DNA of 40,808 nucleotides from Octopus bimaculoides (taxonomy: Eukaryota), in contig NC_068998.1 in the NCBI RefSeq assembly GCF_001194135.2, positions 34,102,402 through 34,143,209 of the forward strand. Reading direction: 5' to 3'. Made by a program: the position numbers and the translations under genes. The notes under the pieces are model-generated. The model saw only the letters and a program-made list of their open reading frames with translations, did no database searches and had not been told where the DNA came from. Of this stretch, positions 21,401 through 34,053 are shown piece by piece. The stretch's first letter is position 1. Every line of letters starts with the position of its first letter.

Positions 21401-24400
21401 ATATTATGCATTCTAACTACATGTATTGCCTCTTTTTCCTTGTATGTAGTATGATTATTAATTTGCTATCAATTTTCGATGCTGGCACAGGTTTAGTAGC
21501 ATATCATTTTCCTATAAATATAATTATGGTTAATAGTCTGATTAGATATTTGCAGTTGTTATAATTTATAAATCACCCAAACAGATGTTAAAATCACTGT
21601 AGTGTGTAATATCTCAAGCCAAAAACTGTATTCCCTATTAAAAAATATTTCAGATGCATATGTTATGAAACTAATTACTCAAAGAAATTAATCTTGTCAT
21701 GAAAAAATATGAAATACATTTGTGCAGAATAACCAAATGGTTCGTTAGCAACTAATAATAAAAGGCCAAATTTATGGCTATATCGACATAAGTGCTTCTT
21801 CGAAAGTATAAACAAGGTGACAAAATATGATTCAAGCTGTGAGTTTCATATGAAAATTATTGAAAATTTTCAGATTAATTCACATATTAAAATTCAACGA
21901 GAGCATTGTTTTTTTCTTGTCATTAGGAAAAATTGGCCCATATGTTCGTTTTTGCAACTAAAAACCATTAACCTATGTAGAATATATGAGAGGATTTTTC
22001 ATCTATTGCCTTCAGCAAAACCAGGAAACCAGCACTGCATTCTATTGAAATCCTTTTTGATTACGAAACAGTGATTAACAATGATCAAAAGTAAACTTGC
22101 TGTTCAAAGCAACGAACTGTATTTCCCTTTGACATTCCCAATGAACATTATCTTCTTTTAAATTCCAATCGAATAAGCATACCTAGCAAAAAATTACAAT
22201 TATGATTACAGTTATTATTTTTGTTATTGAATAATTCTACATTTATTATAATACGTTATTGGCAATGTAAGTAGTACATCAGAATAGAGGACTTGATGTC
22301 TTTATTCGTTTCTCACAATTGGTGAACAACAAAATCATTGCTTATTACTTTCCTACAGTTTATTCTACATTTCTGGCAGTGAGAGTTACAAAGCATTGTC
22401 AATAACTCAGCCCAAAGAGCTTTCATTTAAGGAGTTCCAGCTTTTCGGTTTTCTTGCAGGTATTCATATCTTTCACTCATTTATAATGGTAAATTACACA
22501 CACATGCACACACATACACACACACACATACACACACATACAGTAATAATACATATGCCAATATATATATACTAGTGGGGCCAGTGGAAATTCCACAGAA
22601 CAGAAAAGAATTTGAGGTGCTGTTTAAGAAAGAAAGGATGATTTACATTTTTATTCTGCATAAATCTTATTGTTTCAGTGCAATAAATGATAGAAAAATA
22701 TACAATATGTAATACACATATCATTCATTAGTATTTAATGCTACTGAAAATTCAAGAACAATATCGAATTCCATATTCCTTATTACGCAATATTTTATCA
22801 TAATTACTCTACATTATAAACAATTAATGTACACAAAACGATACAGAGAATATACAAAATGTTTTTATTTACATGATTAGTTTCAATTCCTTTGCAAATC
22901 AAAATTAATAACAACAATGACTATTTTGTAAATTCCAGTCGCAATAATATATTATGATTTTGAAATTTCCCTTTGCTAAATGCTTTACATCTCTCTCTCT
23001 CTCTCTCTCTCTCTTCCCCTCCCCCTCTCTTCCCCTCCTNNNNNNNNNNNNNNNNNNNNNNNNNNNNNNNNNNNNNNNNNNNNNNNNNNNNNNNNNNNTC
23101 CCCTCCCTGTCCCTCTCTCCCTCTTTCTCTCACTCTCTTTTTCTCTCCACCTCTTCAACAAATTTTTTAGCCTTGTAATTCCCCCTTCACATTGTTAACA
23201 CTTCTCTCATTCTCTTCACCTCTCACTTCCACTAACCATGTGACAGCGCAGTTAGTGGAAGAACTATCTGGTATCTCACTCATTCTCCCTCCTTCTCTCT
23301 CACTCTTACACTCCCTCTTTCTCTTAATCTCCTTTCCTCTCTCTCACTCTCACTCCACCTCTCACTCTCTCCATATCTTACTCTCTCTAACAAACTAACA
23401 AACTTAAAGCAAGTGAACGAATGAATATGTAGAATTCTAATATATATATATTCTTTACAAAGCAGAATCAGATCTGGAAACAGGATTAGCAAATCAAAAT
23501 TCTCAACCATACAATCATTCAGTATATTCTTATTAAATATGGCTGAAGAGTTAACTTTGAATGTCATCACTCTGAAACAGTTAACTATTAAAAGCAAAAA
23601 TAATGGATTGTTCTTTCTCTCTCACCTTCTGTCATTATTATGTAATTTTGTGTATTCATCAAATCTGTTGGTAGTAAATTTGAAGGTGGAATTCTGGTTT
23701 AAGCACCCCATATAACCCAACTCATAAGTTTTTATTTTTTGGAATTTTCAGAAATATTTTGCAAAATTGTATTCTACACACAGGAATTCACATGATTATG
23801 AAAAATTCGTTTTCTTTTAATATTTTAAACCCACCCTTCCCAACATAAATCCTAAAGTTTCCAGTCTTATTTGAATGTTTTTTAACAATCAGTTTAAAAT
23901 ATGGACAGTTGGAATTTTTTTTAGTTTAAATCCCAGCAATGGACCATGAAATGTGTTCGTGGAGAGAGAAAATATTGAAAAACATCAATACAAGTCAGAG
24001 TGACAAAGAAATGAAGAAGGTATCAAATGGTTGGAAGATGTACTAAAAATAACAACTAAACTGCCCTTAAATCTCACACGAAAAAGAAAAAGAAAATATT
24101 TTCGTTTTTACAGTCGTATGAATTCTTGTGCACAACACACAAACTTGTAAAGATTTTCTGAAAATTCCATGGGGTTCTTAAGCCAGAATTCTACCAATTT
24201 GAAATTACTGATGACCATATGAATAGAATAAAAATACCAGGCCTATGTCATACAGATATATCCCTTGGTTCTTTTGTTTTAGATAACAAAAAACTAAATA
24301 AGTTTCCTTGCATTCTACCAGATATGATGTTAGTAAAAAGTGAATCGAATTACATGGAATTGAATTCTGGTTAGCTGAAGTGAGATTGACTGTGCTATTT

Positions 24401-24694
24401 AAGAATGTGAAGTTTCTCCTCATAAGAGCATTGCAACAACATATGTCATACAAGTTCAAAAACTATTGCTTCTGCTGATAGGCAGATATACAATTGATTT
24501 ATGCAGCTACTATTCTTGAAAGACTATATAAGTTTCCACATTTAGAGAATCACAACAAATGTAAAAACCATATAGAAATATTTCATTGAAAAAACATTTA
24601 GAAAAAATTGTGGAATAAGAAAATATAAAATTTGGCATTTTTCAAAGCAATAATCAATCGCGAAAAGTCAAAACAAAACTGTCAGATTGAAAAC

Positions 24695-24743
24695 ATAATA
24701 ATAATAATAATAATAATAATAATATTAATAATAATAATAATCA

Positions 24744-24784
<41 letters not shown>

Positions 24785-24790
24785 ATAATA
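24695..24790. repeat. (TAA)n-(TAG)n compound microsatellite
   Basis: Direct reading. It produces the poly-I/poly-V pseudo-ORF. Confidence 0.95.
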
Positions 24791-26058
24791 CAAAAAATAA
24801 CATCAAAATCAAGTCAAACAGTAAGAACAGTTGTGCGTATATGTGTGTGTATGTGTACATACACATATACATACATAAATTCCCCTCCCCACACACATGT
24901 ATGTACAGGAATGTATGTGTGTGTATGTGTGTGTGCATGTATATATGTGTGTATATATATATATGTGTGTGTATGTATATATGCATATATGCTTGTATAT
25001 ATATATATGCATATATATATATGCATATATATATATACANNNNNNNNNNNNNNNNNNNNNNNNNNNNNNNNNNNNNNNNNNNNNNNNNNNNNNNNNNNNN
25101 NNNNNNNNNNNNNNNNNNNNNNNNNNNNNNNNNNNNNNNNNNNNNNNNNNNNNNNNNNNNNNNNNNNNNNNNNNNNNNNNNNNNNNNNNNNNNNNNNNNN
25201 NNNNNNNNNNNNNNNNNNNNNNNNNNNNNNNNNNNNNNNNNNNNNNNNNNNNNNNNNNNNNNNNNNNNNNNNNNNNNNNNNNNNNNNNNNNNNNNNNNNN
25301 NNNNNNNNNNNNNNNNNNNNNNNNNNNNNNNNNNNNNNNNNNNNNNNNNNNNNNNNNNNNNNNNNNNNNNNNNNNNNNNNNNNNNNNNNNNNNNNNNNNN
25401 NNNNNNNNNNNNNNNNNNNNNNNNNNNNNNNNNNNNNNNNNNNNNNNNNNNNNNNNNNNNNNNNNNNNNNNNNNNNNNNNNNNNNNNNNNNNNNNNNNNN
25501 NNNNNNNNNNNNNNNNNNNNNNNNNNNNNNNNNNNNNNNNNNNNNNNNNNNNNNNNNNNNNNNNNNTATATGTATGTATGTATCTTATCCATACATTCCA
25601 TACAAAGAAGAAAAACTGATCAATGTGGGTGAATGTTTCTTTGTGAAATATTTGGTCAAATTTTTTGCTGTTTTATTCTTCTCCATTTCAGTTTATAAAT
25701 ACTTTTTTGGTTTGATTTTACAACACTCATCCATAGAAAAACAATGCCTATATTGTTTTTTTAATAATTTTCCCAACTTTTGTGCATCGATATACATGTG
25801 TGTATATATATACAAATAAACATGTACAAACTAAAATGTCACACAAATATAAGTAAATATTTATATATATAATAAATGCACCCCTATATATACATATACA
25901 TATATACATACAAACATACATACATGCAGACAGACACAGACAGAACGATAGATGTGTATGTGTGTATGTGTGTATGGAGGTGTATTATACAAATTCACTT
26001 CCATCTTTAATCTTTCTAGTGCCAATGTTATAAAATACACCCCCATACATGCACACAC

Positions 26059-26100
26059 AGTCCAATTATGGCTTAACTGACTGAAACTTCGAAGTCACTC
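26059..26100 (+). ncRNA. Possible 3' half of a hammerhead
   Basis: AGTC...GACT stem, GAAAC, palindromic ACTTCGAAGT, then C and ACTC. No CTGANGA upstream. Confidence 0.25.
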
Positions 26101-26166
26101 TCAATAATATTCGTGCTTAAGGATGATAAATTTGTACTCTAAAAAAATATTGAGTAAACCATCAGA

Positions 26167-26394
26167 TCAATCCCTTTGCATTCAGATTACTTTTTCAAAT
26201 ATGATGCTTATTTATTCACACTGTTTCAAATTAATCATGTATTTTCTCATTGCTTTGAGATTTCAATGATATGGTTGTATACTCTTAGAATGGCATAGTG
26301 GGATAGGTATGAGGGGCCAGATCTGGTTAGTTCAAACACAAAATAAGTAGAATATTTAGGCTGGATGTGGCCAGTTTCAATTCTAAAAGGTTAA
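26167..26394. mobile_element. piggyBac-like (TTAA) MITE, copy 2
   Basis: Left end tcaatccctttgcattcag, right end aattctaaaaggTTAA. Shares gtagaatattt..g.c.gat.tggc with copy 1. Confidence 0.55.
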
Positions 26395-26499
26395 TGTAAA
26401 AATGTTTCTATTATAACTGAACATAAAAACAAACATTAACATGTGTATGTATATATAGATATATACATATATACACACTCACATACATATATGTAAGCA

Positions 26500-26950
26500 C
26501 CCCAATCAGTCAATGCCCCTCCTATCATTGCCTCCCACCACATCACAACATTCACTGAAACTGTTTCCCACTATCCAAATACCACTTTTCTCTCGTTACC
26601 CAGTGCCATCTCACTTGTTAGTCATTCTTCATCTATTAATATTGTTCTCCCCACTGAAATGCTGCAGTGGCCATACACCCACTCCTCAGGACACCAAATT
26701 CTCTCTCTGTGTGCATTATGTATTTTATCTCTCCACTCCACTCCTGTATGTTATCTCTCTTCACCCCTCCTCTTTGGTAGCATAACTTCTCTAAACCTAC
26801 TCAAAACACTTCATCACCCCAATCAACAGTATCATTAATACTCTACAGCTTCCCTAACTCATGCACCTCCTTCTCTGACTTCCCCTATGTCTTCCTCATA
26901 CACTCTTGCAGTCCTTCAACTCATGAGGTCCTTTCAAACTATCCAATGCA
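26500..26950 (+). mobile_element. Possible old CR1/L2-type LINE 3' fragment
   Basis: C/T-rich strand composition and weak resemblance to CR1-type C-termini. No crisp motif. Confidence 0.3.
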
Positions 26951-27120
26951 TGAACCACGGATGTTAAATAATGACAATGTGTGTGTGTGTATGCACATAG
27001 ACATGTATGTATATGTGTGTGTGTGTGTGTGTGTATGTTTGTGTATGTTTGTTCATGAGTAATAAAGTGAAAAGATGAAGAGACAATTATAGATAGCAGA
27101 AATTTATACATATGAGAAGC

Positions 27121-27191
<71 letters not shown>

Positions 27192-27614
27192 NNNNNNNNN
27201 NNNNNNNNNNNNNNNNNNNNNNNNNNNNNNNNNNNNNNNNNNNNNNNNNNNNNNNNNNNNNNNNNNNNNNNNNNNNNNNNNNNNNNNNNNNNNNNNNNNN
27301 NNNNNNNNNNNNNNNNNNNNNNNNNNNNNNNNNNNNNNNNNNNNNNNNNNNNNNNNNNNNNNNNNNNNNNNNNNNNNNNNNNNNNNNNNNNNNNNNNNNN
27401 NNNNNNNNNNNNNNNNNNNNNNNNNNNNNNNNNNNNNNNNNNNNNNNNNNNNNNNNNNNNNNNNNNNNNNNNNNNNNNNNNNNNNNNNNNNNNNNNNNNN
27501 NNNNNNNNNNNNNNNNNNNNNNNNNNNNNNNNNNNNNNNNNNNNNNNNNNNNNNNNNNNNNNNNNNNNNNNNNNNNNNNNNNNNNNNNNNNNNNNNNNNN
27601 NNNNNNNNNNNNNN

Positions 27615-27681
<67 letters not shown>

Positions 27682-27699
27682 GGTGTATAACAGATGTCA

Positions 27700-28800
27700 C
27701 AAATGTGACAGAAGGCACTGACTAGCACTGCTTTTGCTAAAAATAAGAGTGAAAAAGCAACTCAAAAGTCACAAAATCAATGTCTTAATGACTAACAAAG
27801 GGAGGTGAGTCCCCAGCATACATAGTCGCATCACAATTTCGGATTTTGATGCTGACCATCAAAATCCTCAACTGCGTATCTTAATGCTAAGGGTTAAACT
27901 CAACTTCCTCTGTCAGTCTTACAAGGAAATTCGTTGGAAATGTGTGTTGATTTTCAAATGGTAAAAAGTGTAAACAATGAATTAAAAAGGGTGACTTATT
28001 AGCAATTAGAACCTAAAGGCAAAATTCATAGAGGTTAAAAAAGTGACAGAGAGTTTTGACTAGCACCTCTTTTGCTAAAAATAAGAGTTAAATCAACTCA
28101 GGATGAAAATCAATAATGGTTATTTTGTTTAGTTGTATGTGTTCTCTTGTTCTGTTATATACTAAAGGCAGTTAATGTTTTTCTGTTTCAAAATGTTCTT
28201 TCTGAATTCTATGAATGATACCGTGCTTTTATGCTTAAATGATATAATTACTTTGGAGTGTCTATTAATTATGTTTTCTCTGGATGTGATGATCTCCAGA
28301 GTTTCCTATAGGCGTAAATTGCACACCCATGATGTTCTATTGCTTGGTGTTGCATTTTTAATTATAGACCAGTTGGTCGTATGCTTCATTCTGTTTGAGC
28401 CTCCAGATGAAGTTAGATAATGATGTGGACTGCTTTTGTTTACATTGGAAAATGACATAAGATAGTTTTGCAGACGATTTTTCATGGTGTCTCTGGTACA
28501 CATTTTTGTGTACTCACCTTCACTTCACTTTTGTAAACCATATTCTTTATCAGGCAATTGTGGTTAAAGTTGCATTTTTTTTTCTGTCTGCAGTTACATG
28601 TTACATTATCTTTTCCAGTTCTGTAAACAGAGTTATTACTGGTGGTTACATTTGTTCTTCCTGTATCAGATTTGTGATTTTCCTTAGGTATGAATTGAAC
28701 TGCCAGTTGTATAGCACTGTTTGAATCTATTTTTGTTATGGATGAGCTATTATCATGTCACTGTGCAACTGTACCATCAGTGTTCATTTTGTTATGAGCT
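27700..28800 (-). mobile_element. PLE 3' fragment (GIY-YIG plus terminal region)
   Basis: TCNCRQKKKCNFNHNCLIKNMVYKSEV...LSNFIWRLKQN...NWSIIKNATP...VCNLRL*E. A ~60-bp direct repeat lies at ~27705-27765 and ~28042-28100. Confidence 0.8.
27825..27878 (-). ncRNA. Decayed hammerhead-like motif
   Basis: Minus strand CAGTTGA (5 of 7 positions match CTGANGA), perfect 11-bp stem GGATTTTGATG/CATCAAAATCC, then GAAA. Stems I and III are poor. Confidence 0.35.
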
Positions 28801-28947
28801 GTGTTTTTTTTCCTTTAAACCCCTCTAGTTTTATCCTACTGAATTTTATGTTATTTAATTTGTGTATGTAGTATTCTAGTATTCTAGATTATTTCATCTC
28901 TGCATTGTTAGAAGCTTTTCTCAGTTTACTTTTCATTTATTATTCTA

Positions 28948-28997
<50 letters not shown>

Positions 28998-29044
28998 NNN
29001 NNNNNNNNNNNNNNNNNNNNNNNNNNNNNTATATATACATGCGC

Positions 29045-29089
<45 letters not shown>

Positions 29090-29184
29090 TACATACACAT
29101 GTGTACATATATAGAGAGAGACAGACTGACAGAGAAAGAGAGAGGGATAGAACCTGATGGGCCCTCTGGTTGATGTTGAACTTC

Positions 29185-29765
29185 CAACGAAGGAGCTTGA
29201 CACCTTGGGCAAATGTCTTATACTATAGTCTTGGGCTGACCAAAGCCATGTGAATGGATTTGTTAGACAGAAGCTGAAAGAAGCCTGTTGTGTGTGTGTG
29301 TGTGTGTATTTCTTTACTACCCACAAGGGGCTACACACAGAGGGGACAAACAAGAACAGACAAACGGATAAAGTCGATTATATCGACCCCAGTGCATAAC
29401 TGGTACTTATTTAATCGACCCCGAAAGGATGAAAGGCAAAGTCGACTTCTGCGGAATTTGAACTCAGAACGTAGCGGCAGCCGAAATACCGCTAAGCATT
29501 TCGCCCGGCGTGCTAACGTTTCTGGCAGCTTGCTGCCATTTGTGACAAACACACGTGTGTGTGTTTGTCCCTTCATCACTGTTTGATCACAAATGTTGGT
29601 GTGTTTATGTCTTTGTCACTTAGTGGTTCAGGAAAAGAGACAAATGGAATAAGTACTAGGCTTAAGAAATGTTCTGGGGTTGATTTGTTTGATTAAAATC
29701 CCTCAAGCTGGTGCTCCAGTATGGTTGCAGTCAAATGCCTGAAACAAGTAAAAGAATTAAAGAAT
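29185..29765 (+). mobile_element. SINE family A long form, interrupted by a family B SINE
   Basis: Head remnant at 29185-29290, (TG)n, insert at 29307-29537, 3' module at 29555-29765. Confidence 0.75.
29307..29537 (-). mobile_element. SINE family B, young CpG-rich copy
   Basis: Minus strand ggcagcaagctgccagaaacgttagcacgccgggcgaaatgcttagcgg, B-box gagttcaaattc, tail ...gggtagtaaagaaata. Confidence 0.85.
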
Positions 29766-30639
29766 GTACATACATACACATTATATATATATCCGTATTT
29801 TTGTGTGATAATGTGTGTATGGACATATATAAAACCGTATATTGTATGTAGAGTTCTGTTTTTTGTTTTTTGTTTTTTTCTGTAATCTTCTGCTTGCTTA
29901 TGTATTGATGTTATTGCTGCCAATATTGAATTGAAATGGAAGAAAAGAGAAGGGAAGGAAAAAAAGAAAGAAGTTTCAGAGTGATTTACAGCTCTGTCTG
30001 ACACATACTGGTATGAAGGCATAAAGAACTGGAGAAGGTGGAGAAGAACCAACAGAAATACAAAATAATCAGCATAACTCTTCTAATATCATAAAGAAGA
30101 TACACATAAAAATATTCCTAATTATTATGTTCACAAATTGGTTAAATGAATGACAGAGTGGCTTCTAGCCATGACTTCTTTCCGATACAAATATGTCACC
30201 CAGCAAACTTTTTTATTATTATTATTATTGATGCTTTTATCAATTTATATGAAAAAAGGAAAGAAAATATATTCTAGAAATGTGCTGTTTTACTTTCTCT
30301 TCCTGTTATCCCTATCCCTTATATTTTCTATGTCTCTTTTTTCCTCTTTGTCTCAGAGTCTCTTGTCCACTCACATTCTACCACATGCACACACATATAT
30401 ATAATATATGCCCTCACACACATACATCTAACTGGATCACTGTCTACTTCAGTGATGAGTAGTCAATCAAACAACTGAATTTCTTGCTCATTAAATAACC
30501 ATTTAAGGGGTTGTGTATTCCACCCTTAATTCAAATCTCACACAAAATCAATGGGACACTCTCTAAAATGGTTGGCCTATTGAATTGTGAATTCCTTCAA
30601 TCTGAAGAGCTTCAAAAGTTTCTTTCTCTCAAATTTCAC

Positions 30640-30745
30640 TCTCACTGTTCAGGTGGACCCAAGGCTCACTTGCCCAAGATGTTATGAAATAGGACTGAAA
30701 TCAGAACCTTTTGATTATAAAACAAACTGCTTAACCATTTGGCCA
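30640..30745 (-). mobile_element. SINE family A-like fragment
   Basis: Minus strand ggccaaatggttaagcag...ggttctgatttcagtcc...acatcttgggcaagtg. Confidence 0.6.
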
Positions 30746-31844
30746 AGTTTTACCCACATTAATACACCTACAAATATTACACTATCTTTATCTCTCACTC
30801 TTCTTTTCTAATCCCATGAAAAAGTATACACTCTGACATCCTTCTTTTGCTGTGCATCAAGAGATGGAAATCAGTGGTATAACCAATTCATTTGCCTTTC
30901 ACAGCAAGTCTTAAATTGTATGTTTGAGAAAAACGAAGTATACTCTACATGTCAAATTATTTAAAGATACTGTGAAGTGAACTATGAATTATGTAATAGA
31001 AATATATATCCTATTCATTCCTTCCTCTCTCTGTAGCTAACTGTGTTTTGCATTATATATCTCATGCTCACAATATATAGATAAATACATACATAGATGC
31101 ATATATGTGTATGTGTGTATCCAGTTTGCAGTCTGTCTCTCTACTTTACCTTCCCTCACACTTTCAGAGTGTCCCACTGATTCTCTTTATCACACTATAT
31201 CAAACACAGTTGCTATCTCTTTTATATTATCTCTCTTTCCTCATATACACATGTTCTACTCTTTCTTTCTTTCTGTCTCTCACTTCCCTCTGTTTCTCTC
31301 CCTCTCTCATACACACACACATTATCCTCAAATTCTCAAGGACCTCGCTATTCTCTCCATCTTTAAACTATAATGATTTATTATTATTAGCATCATTTTC
31401 TCTGCAGAATTCCTGCTTTTATGTTATGAAAAGATCTATGATTTATAAACATGTTTTTTCCTCTCTTCTTGGAATCAATAGTTAATATGATTGTTATATC
31501 AAGTAATTTGTAAAGAAATTGGTCTTTTTATTTCATTCTTATTTTGTATATCAAACTTGAAGTCATATCTTAGTGCTTTCACAATAGCTCACAAATGATT
31601 TCACCAATAACAATTCTATTTTGAAGTCTTTGATACAACTGTATTCAGATACAGATTTTTTTATACATACAACTGTTTCAGCTTTGACTAATAATGAAAA
31701 AAATAATAAACCTGTTTTTGTATCCAATGCTGCTTGTTGTTTGTGGGTAAAATTCTAGTAAAAGTGTTGCTATGAACATCAATTAAAATAGTTAAAGAAA
31801 ACTTAGTGTACTAAATTATGATGATTTTGATCATACACACAAAG

Positions 31845-32015
31845 CCAGGGCTTTGGCAAGGAGAAAAGAGTTGATTATGTCAACCCTAGTGTTTGATTGC
31901 TTTTTTTATTTTATTGACTTCTGAAAGATTTGAACTTGGAACATTGAGCACTACAGCTAAATGCTACAAGGCATTTTTGTCCAATGCTTTAATAATTTTG
32001 CCAATCAACTTCCCT
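31845..32015 (-). mobile_element. SINE family B (decayed)
   Basis: gttgattatgtcaaccctagtg...atttgaactt...ggcatttt aligns loosely to 29380-29510. Confidence 0.55.
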
Positions 32016-33109
32016 GAAGTGAAAAAGATTATCACCATCACTATCAAGAGGAAGCATATATGCTGAAAATAGCAGTCAAATGTTTATTGTACCAAACACT
32101 ACCAAATTCTACATGTAGTTCTAGATACACTATTCATTTACACAAGATGAAGCGGTTGTGAATGGAAAGTTTTTAGTCACAGGCCTAATCTGGGGCTAGA
32201 AAAATCAAAAACAAAGCCTTTGTGGGAGCCTTTATGTGGTTGCTTGGGCTGCTAGACATAGCAACCATATATTCATTAAATTTGAATTTCCCTAAAAGAT
32301 AACACACATTAGATTATGTAGTCCAAGGTACATTTAAAATTATGTGATGACCACAACTGTTTGATCTTTCATCATAGATCTGGTTGATCAGAGTTGCTCT
32401 GGAGCAAAACAGCAGTAATAACAACAATATTAATGGTAAACCAGGAAACAAACTTCTTTATGATCTTTCAATATGCAAGAAATAACAGCCAGGTATTTGT
32501 CAGATTACTCTGTACCACTTTTAGAAAGTAAACATTAAACAGTATAGTTTGGAATATGACTTGCTGGAAAAAGATTAAAGTCTGAATGGTAAATGCTTGA
32601 ATATTTTTGATCATGTCATTTGATTTGAGCTGATTTAAAGTTAAACTACAATGAACTACCTTTAGATGGTCATCACACTATTGTCACATCTATCAATGGA
32701 ACTCTTTTTGTACCACATTCTTTCAATTCCATCGTATCCCAGATTTCAGTTTTGTCCCCATCTCTATATCTTCTATAAAACAACATCTGCAAGTAGATAT
32801 ATGTTATTTAAAGCATTTAAATACAAAGAAACAGGAAAAAAGAGATAGGAGAAAGGGAAAGAAAAAAAAAGAAAAGGATAGGGGAAAATAGGGATAACAG
32901 CAGCTCATTGGAGAAGTGAGCCCCGTTAGGTGAAGTGACTGGTGCAGCAAGTGTCACTAGTCATTCCCCATGGTATCGCCATTACAGTCATTACCATGGG
33001 GACTGGCTAAGCCCACCATTCCTTCTGGAGTATGTGGCTCATCAACCCCTTGCCTTCCATCTTCCACCTTTTTCTTTTCTTTCTTTCCTTCTCTTATCTC
33101 TCTTTTTCC

Positions 33110-33290
33110 TTGTTCCTTTTTTACAACAATGATTCTCTTTCTTTCATATCCAACAAGGCCAACTCTTATACAGATGACACTACTCATCATTCTCTTCTAA
33201 AGATTTCTAGCTATGCATCATCCACTTGTAGCTTTGACATTGTACACCAAACCCACACTGACTCCATGGAAAGTGACCATGCAAGCATCT
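33110..33290 (+). mobile_element. CR1/Jockey-type RT fragment
   Basis: FYNNDSLSFISNKANSYTDDTTHH resembles FINDL..TSNPIHSYADDTTLH. Confidence 0.45.
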
Positions 33291-33319
33291 TTTAATAAGG
33301 ATATGTCAATTATGGGGGA

Positions 33320-33455
33320 TGGCATCAATTGATTACATCAACCCTGGTACTGAACTGATACTTATCTTATCAATCCTGAAAGGATGAAAGGCAAAGTCAA
33401 CCTTGGTGAAATTTGAACTCAGAACATAAAGATAAATGCCACTAAGCATTTTGCT
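33320..33455 (-). mobile_element. SINE family B, truncated at a gap
   Basis: gaaaggatgaaaggcaaagtcaacc...atttgaactcagaac...ctaagcattt nearly matches 29425-29500. Confidence 0.75.
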
Positions 33456-33968
33456 NNNNNNNNNNCCTTATATATTGAGTGTAATAGTCAGTATAATTGT
33501 TGAGTGTGATGTTGAAAATAATGTTGATGAGTTGGAGTAATGAGTATGATGCTGAATGTGATGTTGTCTGTGATTTGCAAGGGTCCTTTTGGTCATATTT
33601 GATGTTATTTGGTGTTGCTTCTTTGAAGAGAGAGACTGAAGATTTGATAGAAACTACTTTTTGTTTGTACAGCATTGTCTTTTCCTATTTGTATTGGTCT
33701 TTGTGCCTTTTTTCATCTTTAATGTCATCTTGTCATTTGATTTATTTTGAGGGATATTTCAACAGTTGTTTCCCTTCTTTACATTGTGAAGAATTAGGTA
33801 TGTATAAAAAGACATGTATGGAAATATTCAACATCAACAATATTTTATGAGTGTCATTGCTGTAACAACATTTATGGATGCAAGTGTTAAAATAGACTTC
33901 TTTCATTGAATATGTCTGTTCTTTTTATCATTTATATATTATATATATATATACACATACACATATAT

Positions 33969-34047
<79 letters not shown>

Positions 34048-34053
<6 letters not shown>

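Noticed and set aside
24160-24375. ~70-codon open frame (KFHGVLKPEFYQFEITDDHMNRIK...)
   Set aside because: No recognised family and no good splice sites, and this length is expected by chance.
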